From Octopus bimaculoides (lineage: Eukaryota), in NCBI RefSeq assembly GCF_001194135.2, contig NC_068999.1:16111949-16175948 (forward strand): 64,000 bases of DNA. The letters are read 5' to 3'. The stretch's first letter is position 1; every line of letters starts with the position of its first letter. A model generated the notes under the pieces. The model saw nothing but the letters and a program-made list of their open reading frames with translations, was not told the origin of the DNA and ran no database searches. This document shows positions 54,334-64,000 of the stretch, piece after piece. Both the position numbers and the translations under genes were made by a program.

Positions 54334-54637
54334 AACGATAAGCTTCGCCCTTTGAAAGCCTAGCCAGGCTTATGGGCCCGGTTTCCCGGTTTCTATGGTG
54401 TATGCGTCCCCCCACCCACTCCAGCTGGACGGGACGCCAGTCCATCGCAGCGTTACTCTAGAAACAGGAAGAAAGAGTGAGAGAAAGTTGGGCCGAAAGA
54501 GTACAACAGGGGTCGCCACCACCCCTGCTGGAGCCTCGTGGAGCTTAGGTGTTTTCGCTCAAGAAATACTCACAACGCTTGGTCTGCGAATCAAAACCGC
54601 GAGTCCGCTCTCCTAACCACTGGGCCATTGTGCCTGC
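54334..54637 (-). mobile_element. SINE with a family C head and a different 3' tail, 12-bp TSD
   Basis: 54460-54637 is homologous to 52475-52667; 54334-54459 is unrelated to the C tail. ATTGTGTATCAT flanks both ends (54322-54333 and 54638-54649). Confidence 0.92.
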
Positions 54638-55848
54638 ATTGTGTATCATGAATTCTGCAAAACCAACTTTAAGAAATTGGACAAGATCTGCGATAGTCAA
54701 TATACTTTAAAAAGAAAAAGCAGAAAGTATGGAGTAATTATCATTGCAGAAGTTGGAACTATAGCAGAAATAATGAGTTAGAGAGTAACAGTAGATGCAA
54801 TGCAGTTTTTTTTATGTATTAGGGAGACGTTCTACTGAAGTTTCCTTCGAAGCAAGGTGACTACAGGTGAGTTATTTAGTCTAGTGTAAACCACTGTACT
54901 GAGCATAAGGAAGCCTTTAACAGAGGTATTTCTTCCCAAAATAGTGGTCACTGCTGAAACTAGCAGCATATGAATGGCTAGAAAGAGACGTTCAAGCCAT
55001 GTACACGGATAAGTCAGTAAGATGAGAGTTAATAGATAGATGGATCTAAGTCTCGGCTTTCAGTCACATCCTATTTATCTTTGTCTTCTTGACCATAACA
55101 TTGGAACTTTTCTATGTGTATAACGTCATCCTTGTAGCTAACTCTGAATAAGAAAATAAATTGTGGGCGTGGATGCAAAATCTAGAGCCGTAGGGCTCTG
55201 AAATAAAGTACAAAATGACTAAATTTCAATACATGCCGAAACTAAAACGACTAATAGAAACATACTAAGATGTTTCGGGAATTAACTGCAGTATCATTAT
55301 GCTGAAAACAAAGAAAAGACTGAATGTTATCGATAAGAGTTTCCAAATTTGCATCCTAAAATTTGATACTCAGAGAAATTTCTTTCCGCACATACTCTAC
55401 AGAATAAATGAAAAAGAGAGACAGAGAAAAGGCAAGCTTGTGTCAAAGAAAACATTTATCTGTTCAAAGTTCTAACACAAAATATCAATGAAATTTCCAT
55501 TACATCCAACAATATTGTCTTAAGGAAAGGGTTACTCATTGGATAATACAGTCCTTAATGTATTAGGATTGAAAGAAGAAATCATTATATCTGTAAGGCT
55601 TTTGATCGTAATGTATTACCTGGGGCTAAACAACAAGCACAAAGAAAAAAGCTATAGATCAAAATAGCTAGAGAATTATAAATTTACAAGAGTTCCTGAT
55701 GTGGTTTAGCAACAAATCAGCCCTGATCGTGTGGGTATACGATCAAAGATCAAAGACATTCTTCGCTTTTCATACCTTGGCAATCCCCCTCATTTCTCTC
55801 TTCACCCTCCACTTCCCATGTGTGTATGTGAATGTATCTCTCTTTGTC

Positions 55849-55881
<33 letters not shown>

Positions 55882-55902
55882 NNNNNNNNNNNNNNNNNNN
55901 NN

Positions 55903-55942
<40 letters not shown>

Positions 55943-56713
55943 GCACATACACTTATAGATGCACATACATACTCATACGCGCGCACACACACACATGCAT
56001 ATACACACATCTGTTTCTTTGCATGATTTTATATGTATATGTGTGCGTGTATGTATGTATACAATGCTTTCATTGACCAATGATACCTTCTTTTTACTAA
56101 AAAGGTGGAACATGGTCTAGGTGAATTTGGCTGGTATTTCTAAATAGATAAAGACATAACATATTACAGAAAAGTTGAGAGTGCAAGATATGATATGAAG
56201 TGACTTATTGCAGCGTGACTTGGCTGGTAAACTATAATTATAAGTATTAGGTCTCAATTGCATTCCATTGTGTTTTGCAATGGTACAAGGCTATCAAAAT
56301 ACATTTTCCCTTAACACAAACAATGACGTAATTTGATACTATCATTTTTGTACTCCATGTCAACAAATCTATTTTGCAGGACTAATCCGCTTTCCCTGTT
56401 CCTATCCGCTTGCGGCTAAGTCAACGGCTTGACCTGGTTTAATATTGCATGTGACTAAATACAGAGTAGCTTGGGAAATATTTATCTTTCAGAGAAGAGT
56501 CCCTTGAATATAAGTCCTTAAATTTTCTTTTAATTTGCCATTGAAAAGAGGAGCCTTTCTCAACTTATGCTCACAAAGAAATAATCTTCTCGACCATAAA
56601 ACCTTCAGCTGATAAAGCTCTTGCAATTTGCTGTTCGACCAACAAAACTATTTCATTGCTACGTAAAACTGTTGGTAATTATATGCTGATAACTATGGAT
56701 AAGAAAGCAGTGA

Positions 56714-56890
56714 TCTGGCGGAAACGTAAGCACAGTGGACTATATGGTTAATCTCTGTACGTTCCAGTCACGCTGAGGTCAACCTTGCGTTTCATCCCAA
56801 TGTGTTGGTAAAATAGAGTAACAGTCAAATTCTGCGTTTGTTGCAATCGGCTTCACCTTCCACTTAAAACTGCTGGGCTTGAACACAACA
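56714..56890 (+). mobile_element. SINE family B, degenerate
   Basis: GGCGGAAACGTAAGCAC...GCTGAGGTCAACCTTGCGTTTCATCCC...GGTAAAATAGAGTAAC. Confidence 0.6.
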
Positions 56891-56983
56891 ATCTACCGAC
56901 ATCTTATTCAAAAGAATGTTGTGATCCCGGTTACTTATGCACTATAGAATTCCAATAACCGTCCTGATATATATAAATATATG

Positions 56984-57029
<46 letters not shown>

Positions 57030-58428
57030 TATATATATATATGCACACATGTATATGCATCTATACATACACACACACACACAAGCATGTATGATTGTGA
57101 ATATAAGAATATATTACTCAAATAAATTTCAACTCTGATTTTCGCGTTTTATTTACAATCTTATAATAATATAATATTAGATAATATGATATAAAGAAAT
57201 GATAAAATATTAAATGTCCATTTTGATTGAACTAGTACTTTCATGCTTTAAACTACACAATCTTCACGTTCATATAGTAGTGGTGACTGTTATGTTTTAC
57301 AATTTACAGCTGTAGTGAGATGGCTAAAATGTGTGACTTAAATATATTTGTATAGGTTCCCGAATGTTTTTTCAAACTGTAAATTACTTATGTTGGCTGG
57401 TGTTTGGTTAGGCGTCACGGTTCGTAGAACATGTCAAGAGATCTGTTATAAACAACATTTCACAATGATTTTTACATTTCAATTATCACCATCACCATTA
57501 TCATCACCTTTATCATTGTTGTTGGTGGTTGTTAGTAGTGGCAGTGGTATGAGTAGCTATATATATATATATATATAATGTTTTCCTTCACCAATAATAC
57601 CTTCATTTTTTCTAAGATAGTGAACTATGATTTTGGTGGACTTGGCTGTTATTTCTGTATAAATATAAAAGGTATTACTAAAAACGTCGGCGCGCAAAAT
57701 AGGATATGAAACATCTTATTACTGCGATATAGTTTCAACAGAAGATGAAAGGTGTGTTATGCCATTCAGGAATGGGCAAGGAACACATACATGATAGGAA
57801 GCGATGAGGGAATATAGAAAATAAGTTAGTGTGAGATCGAAAAGAGCAGGAATGAGGGAATAAATTCTATTAGAAATATGAGATTCAAGGCGTGAAACGG
57901 AAAGAAAATAAAGACAAAACGAAAGAAAAAAGAAAAAAAGAAAAAGAAAAGAAAAAAGCAAAACAAATGATATATCTAAGGAAAAATAAAAGTAAACGTA
58001 GGTCTTCTTATAGAATTAGACAGAAATCTATTTAGTAGATCAATTTGATTGATAGACATGAGGGTATGCAGAACAAGACAAATTACTAGGACGTGNNNNN
58101 NNNNNNNNNNNNNNNNNNNNNNNNNNNNNNNNNNNNNNNNNNNNNNNNNNNNNNNNNNNNNNNNNNNNNNNNNNNNNNNNNNNNNNNNNNNNNNNNNNNN
58201 NNNNNNNNNNNNNNNNNNNNNNNNNNNNNNNNNNNNNNNNNNNNNNNNNNNNNNNNNNNNNNNNNNNNNNNNNNNNNNNNNNNNNNNNNNNNNNNNNNNN
58301 NNNNNNNNNNNNNNNNNNNNNNNNNNNNNNNNNNNNNNNNNNNNNNNNNNNNNNNNNNNNNNNNNNNNNNNNNNNNNNNNNNNNNNNNNNNNNNNNNNNN
58401 NNNNNNNNNNNNNNNNNNNNNNNNNNNN

Positions 58429-58459
<31 letters not shown>

Positions 58460-58797
58460 TATATAGATATACATATGTATGTATGTATATATGCATATAT
58501 CTATGTATTTTTATGCGAATAGAGAGATAGATAGGTATGTATAAACACAGACACACCAACATATATACATGTGTATGTAAAGTTCGTGGGAGACAGAGGG
58601 AGAGAGAACAGGAAAGGAGTGAGATTGACATATATAATGTTAAATTTAGTCCTGTTCAATGGCAAAAGAGAAAGAGTAACAAAAGTCGCGAAAGAAGATG
58701 CTACCAATAAATTAGGAATCACTCCAGAAGTAGGATATTATAGTAACGTCAACACTGGAATCTAAAATATCAATAACTTCGATATCATTTAGATTTA

Positions 58798-58833
<36 letters not shown>

Positions 58834-59189
58834 TTATGTGTGTGATTGTGTGTATGGGAGAGAGTGAGTGTGTGAGATTGTGTGTTTATACCAGTCTCCA
58901 TATTCTCTATTGTTATAATTATTGCATACATACATATATACATATATGTGTGTGTGTGTATGTATATGTATGTATATACGTATTTATGTACGTATGTATA
59001 TTCGTAAAAACATAAATTTATATATGTATATATATATTTAGATATATATATGTATATACATATACATATGTGTGTGTGTGTGTATGTGTGAGTGTGAGTG
59101 TGTGTGTGTGTGTGTGTGTAAACTACTATCAGCCGAGAAAGCTTTTGCCTTTTGCTATTCGACGAACATAACTATTGTATTGTTACGTA

Positions 59190-59376
59190 AGTCTGGCAGA
59201 ATCTTAAACTCCTCTGACTAAATTCTTAGCTTCTCCTTACGTTCTGAGTTCAAATCACCTTGTGGTCTACCATGCATTTCTTTCTCAAGGAGTTGATAAA
59301 ATAAGTAATAATCAAATTCTGGGGCTTATGTATTCAACTTAGCCCTCCACTGAAAAGTACTGGTCTTGAACATAGC
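59190..59376 (+). mobile_element. SINE family B, degenerate
   Basis: CTGGCAGAATC...TTACGTTCTGAGTTCAAATC...GATAAAATAAGTA...CTGGGG. Confidence 0.75.
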
Positions 59377-59629
59377 AGTGTACCAACGTCTTGTTCAGAA
59401 ATACATGTTTTGTTCTCGGTTAATTATATGCAAAAGAATTCCAGTAATCGGTGTGGAATTCCAATGACTCCTACGGCCATCTGACTCCTACGGCTTGAGA
59501 AAAATAATATAATTAGTAAATGTTAAGGTTACAGGCTGGGTATTTGTATACTATTAATTTCAATCAGAATGTGTGTTATAATGCATGACAAAGCTAGATC
59601 ACCTTTTTGAACACACTGTTCATCGAAGA

Positions 59630-59755
59630 GGTTGGCTTATACTTCTTATCTACCCTCGTAACTCACAATATTTTCATCAACCCGAGGATATCTTAGGAGA
59701 TACCAGGCAGTGGAATCGAAATATAAAATTATTGCGGAATCGGTTGCTACTTTTA
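59630..59755 (-). mobile_element. SINE family A 5' fragment, very degenerate
   Basis: CAACCCGAGGATATCTTAGGAGATACCAGGCAGTGGAATCGAA resembles the reverse-complement A head (compare 13414-13470). Confidence 0.5.
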
Positions 59756-60767
59756 ATCAATGACATAAAATAGCAATCGCTTGCTGCCTAAAGCAGTATG
59801 AATGAAGTAAATAAAGAAGTGTTAGTTGGAGTATATTTGGTGTATCCAGCAGAAGAAAAATAATGTAAGAATGTGGAAGCCATATCATCAAGTCAGAAAG
59901 TATATAAATATCAGAAGAAATAGAGAACTGCATCAATTTGCTCTCATTTCTCGAAGCACTGATGTGACTAATAATAATTTCAAAATTTGGCACAAGGCCA
60001 TACATTTTGAGAATGTGACATATTTATTTCTATCTACGCCAGCACTTGACAAGTACTTCCGTTATCGACCCCGTGGAAGATTGGAGGCAATAATATATGT
60101 ATGTCAATGAGATGTTACTTCTATTACCGTGAAATATCGCGCTCTAGAATTTGTTCCTATTTTCGTCAATCTTCTGAATTTCTCCATGTCTCACTCACTC
60201 ATTCTATTTCACTTTCTGCTTACGTATTTCTACTAGAGCACAACTCAATATATAAATACACACTGTTCTTTCATGGTAAATCTAATCCGCTACCCGTTTT
60301 AAACCACCACCACCTAGGACTCGAATCCTTTTGATTACAAATATTTCAGCTAGGTCTCTGATATGAGAGTGTGTTCTTGCTGTTATCCTACCATGTACAG
60401 AAAGATGACAAACGCCATGGGAGCAATACATCATTTCTGTTAAGCAATTTAAAGGAAAATAAAAATTATGACTCATCTTATAAGAAGGAAATATTCTCAG
60501 ACTGTACCAATTAAACATGATACTTACAGCCATGTTCCCAAGCATGATGCAAACATTCGTAAACAATAATTTCCTTCGTCACATTGAGACTTCTTTTGTC
60601 CAACTTAGGGACAGCAAAGACGGTTGTCACGGAGCAAGATCTCCGGTTTATATATATTCTACTATATCACTGATTAGCTTCAGTTTGACCTACAGATGTA
60701 CTGTGAAATACATTATCTTGCATTAGACTTCAGTGTACAATTCAATAACGCCTGATAGAAAATAATC

Positions 60768-61358
60768 CTTTCTCTTAAAGACATCAGGCCGGAGGCTTTG
60801 GGGGAGGGGATTAGTCGATTACATCAACCCCAGTGTTTCACTGATATTTAATTTATCGACCGCGATACGATGAAAGGCAAAGTCGACCCCTGCAGAATTT
60901 GAACTCAAAACGTAATGAAGTGAAATGCCGGTTAGCTTTTCTCCCTGCGTGCTAACTATCCTGCCTGCTCGCCGCCAAAGCCTGAGAGGAAATAATTATT
61001 TCTATTCTAGGCACAAGGCCTTGAAAATTTAGGGTGAAGGGGGCTAGCCGATTATATCGACTCATTTCATTGATCTCGAAAGGATGAAAGGCAAAGTTGA
61101 CCTCGGCGGAATTTGAATTCAGAACGTAGTGACGGGAGAAATACCGCTAAGCATTCTGTCCAGCGTGCTAACGATTCTTTTCTACTCTAGGCACAAGGCC
61201 CGAAATTGGATGGGAGGGTGCCAGTCGATTACATCGACTCCGAAAGAATAAAATGCAAAGTTGACTTCGGCAGAGTTTGAACTCAGAACGTAGCGACGGG
61301 CAAAATGCCACTAAGCATTTTGCTCAGCGTGCTAACGATTCTGCCAGCTCACCGCCTT
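60768..61358 (-). mobile_element. Three head-to-tail SINE family B copies
   Basis: Copies at about 60768-60976, 60997-61177 and 61178-61358 each carry a variant of the AAAGGCAAAGT(C/T)GAC...TTTGAA(C/T)TCA...GTGCTAAC core. Confidence 0.92.
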
Positions 61359-61610
61359 GGCCTGATAGAAAATAATGCTAACAAAATGGTACGTTTAAGG
61401 GTATCATCTTTATTTCGTTTCTTCAGACATAAGCTTTACGTCATTTCAGCGTATCATGACAGGAGCGTTTGTAACCTGCATTTCCAAACCATGTTTTGCA
61501 TGATATACAAACAGAATTCTCTGCAGCCAACATCGAACGAACTTGGTATTACAGTGTAGGCTAGCAGAGTTTGTTCTGGTCCACAAAATACAGTTACGTA
61601 CAAAATACAG

Positions 61611-61644
<34 letters not shown>

Positions 61645-62942
61645 TTATATATGTAGTCTGTCTCTATGACTGTATCTTAGTCCCCTTGTTCTCACTTTTT
61701 GTATGTATGTATGTAGGTATGTATGTATGTATGTGGGGGTGTCTCCTCTTTTTAAATTTAGACTCAATTTTGATCTGCTACCGACTTTGTTACAAGGTCG
61801 AGAAGGAAAGTATATTGATTTAACTGACATCCTTTAACTCTTAAGAAGGTCTTGCAGAATTTTACAATCTCATGTATCATGTTCATTTCTAGAGTATAAA
61901 TTAAAGATTTGCATTCTCTCCCCAAAATTCCAAACTCAGCCATAACTTGCTCTAGTCATAGATGGATGGATGGATGGAAGGATGGATATATATTCATACT
62001 CTTATTACTGGGAATTTCCCGTATTCGCAAAATAAGTTTTTGATCAATTACAAAACTTCATGAAATAACATAATAGTTGGTGTTTTCACTAACCCTAATA
62101 AATTCATCTCTTGTTGGCCAATGCATGTTATGTCGTCGAATTTGATGCAAACTAAAGGAATATTGACGACCTCTGTAAAGTAAGGATGGAAACACAATCC
62201 ACGTCTAAAGACATCATCAAAGATAATTACTCAGCTCATAAGACCTCCTTTTCGCAAATTCAAGTTGAATATAATTGTTCAGACGCAGGGATATGTTTCT
62301 GGTGTAAAGCCTTTTAATGATTCTAGTCTAACAATGTGTCAGATATCGAGCAGAAAATATTATGGTCGCTTCAATATCTGAAATTTGTTGGTAAAGTGAC
62401 AACTACAATTACACGTATTTTATTTTCTTATATAATGGCTCACTTTATTAAAGAACTAAGCATCCTTTGCTGATTGATTTTCCTGTTTAATTTGTACAAG
62501 GAAGGAGAATAATTTCTATTCCTTAATGATAATTGAATATCTTCGCAGTAAATTAACCATAATTGCCTTCAATGCCGCCGAGTGTTCTTTACGGTACTCA
62601 ATATATCACTTGATTCTTTATACAGAATATTGTATACAGTATATCTTATGTTGAGATGATTTAGCAAGCAATGTTTTTCAGGCCAGTAAGGCTGACGTTA
62701 CTGTTGTGTGCATTGAAAAACTCATTTTATCTATATATATATAAATGAATCTTCTTTTTTAACTTAATAGAACTATGAAGACCTCATCTACATCCGAGAA
62801 AATTACCCGTGTACGTCGCTATATTAACTTGGTTACCGTCCTCTTATTACATTTTACATATGCCGAGTAGCTGATGGTTTCTCAGAGTAATATGCCTTCT
62901 CGCTGAAATGCTTTTGCTAACTCTTCGATATAACAGATGACA

Positions 62943-63262
62943 GCTTCATCAAAGATGTCCTTGCCTGATGCGATATCATAGATAACTTTAAATCATGCCA
63001 ACACGTTCGCAGTTAGGATTGTGAGGGATGGATCTTTTATATATGTATGTAGGTTTTATGTTTGGCGTTCATAGAGGTAAGTTTTTTCCTGAGTTTAAGA
63101 TTATTAGAGTTTTCTCTAGAAAGCTGGCGATCGACAGGTCTGTGTCACTGTTTTGAGTCCTTCCTATATCTTAGTGGTATAGGTGTTTATTTTTCACATT
63201 GTTTGCCCTGCTATACTACCATCTTTGTAAAACCTACAGTTATGAAGAGAATTTCGCTTTCT
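62943..63262 (-). pseudogene. Decayed CR1-like LINE C-terminal fragment
   Basis: Minus-strand frame-broken translations L*VLQRW*Y, INTYTTKI*EGL and *FK..D...G..I.DE follow the CR1 order LYSLQRRRERY, IIYTWKILEGL, FK..LD.FL..VPDEP. Judged by eye only. Confidence 0.4.
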
Positions 63263-63839
63263 AAGAATGTCAGATAAGAAAAACAATATCTACGTGTGCC
63301 CTACATTACTAACATTATAGTTCCGTCTGAATGTATGCAGCAAATGAATATTCTCGTTTGTTGACCATGAGACTATCGGCAAGTTATAGCAAGCACATTC
63401 TATTGAAGGTTACTGTCCTGGTCTCGCTATCATGGAGATATCTCTCACGAACACCACGTCTTCAGCAGACGCGAGTCAGATTTAGAAACTACAAAAGTTT
63501 ACGATATCAAAATGAAGGTGTCTACTGATTATTTCGTTAACTATTCAGGGAAACTGCTTCAATAACTTATTGCGAAGGATTAATGATCTAATCACGTTAC
63601 ATTATAATTTTGCTGTTGCTAGAACTGAGCATGCGCGTGGTCATTCACATCATTGTGACCTAGTTATTTTCTTAGATCTGCAAGCGTGTCAAATGGTGAC
63701 GTGCTTTGATTGATGAGAAGAGTATTTACTGGTGTGCTGCAGAAATAAACACGATCCTTGACACTATTCTCGAAATAGTGTCTTCGATTCCGTGCGATTT
63801 CCAAACACGCATGAAATTCCAACTAACAATATAGTGACT

Positions 63840-63957
63840 CATATACATACATACTTACACTCACACTCGGGAAAACATACTCAGACACACACATAGGTAT
63901 ATACCTATATATACATATATATATATATATGTATATAATTACATATACATATATATG

Positions 63958-64000
<43 letters not shown>
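63840..64000. repeat. TA/CA-rich microsatellite
   Basis: Direct inspection. Confidence 0.9.

Noticed and set aside
55184-55199. AGAGCC-GTAG-GGCTCT hairpin reminiscent of the histone 3' stem-loop
   Set aside because: The arms are in the wrong order and the loop is wrong (the consensus is GGCTCTTTTCAGAGCC), and no histone ORF lies upstream.
60750-61376. Repeat-spacer-like arrangement suggesting a CRISPR array
   Set aside because: The 'spacers' are ~200-bp homologous SINE copies and the repeats are TSDs; eukaryotic context with no cas genes.

Overview
This is very AT-rich, repeat-dense eukaryotic non-coding DNA, either intergenic or deep intronic. It has 19 assembly gaps (about 4.7 kb of N), almost all abutting microsatellites. 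The tRNA-derived SINE families and the extreme microsatellite load resemble an Octopus (coleoid cephalopod) genome; this is an inference from pattern recognition, not a database result. I found no credible protein-coding exon, intact tRNA/rRNA gene, CRISPR array or other prokaryotic feature. Nearly all ORFs in the track are microsatellite or N artefacts, or read through SINEs. The window holds many copies of three related SINE types (called A, B and C here), one rarer tRNA-headed element, decayed CR1/Jockey-like LINE fragments and probable Penelope-like terminal fragments. The observations most worth checking are: a pre-miRNA-like 77-nt hairpin (11826-11902); a near-perfect 30-bp hairpin (17308-17373); two hammerhead-ribozyme-like remnants (about 1870-1955 and 9720-9795); inverted SINE pairs that could form ADAR-substrate dsRNA; a triple SINE insertion that re-uses one 17-bp target site (60750-61376); and modular head/tail swapping between SINEs. 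None of these is demonstrated to be a new biological system from sequence alone.
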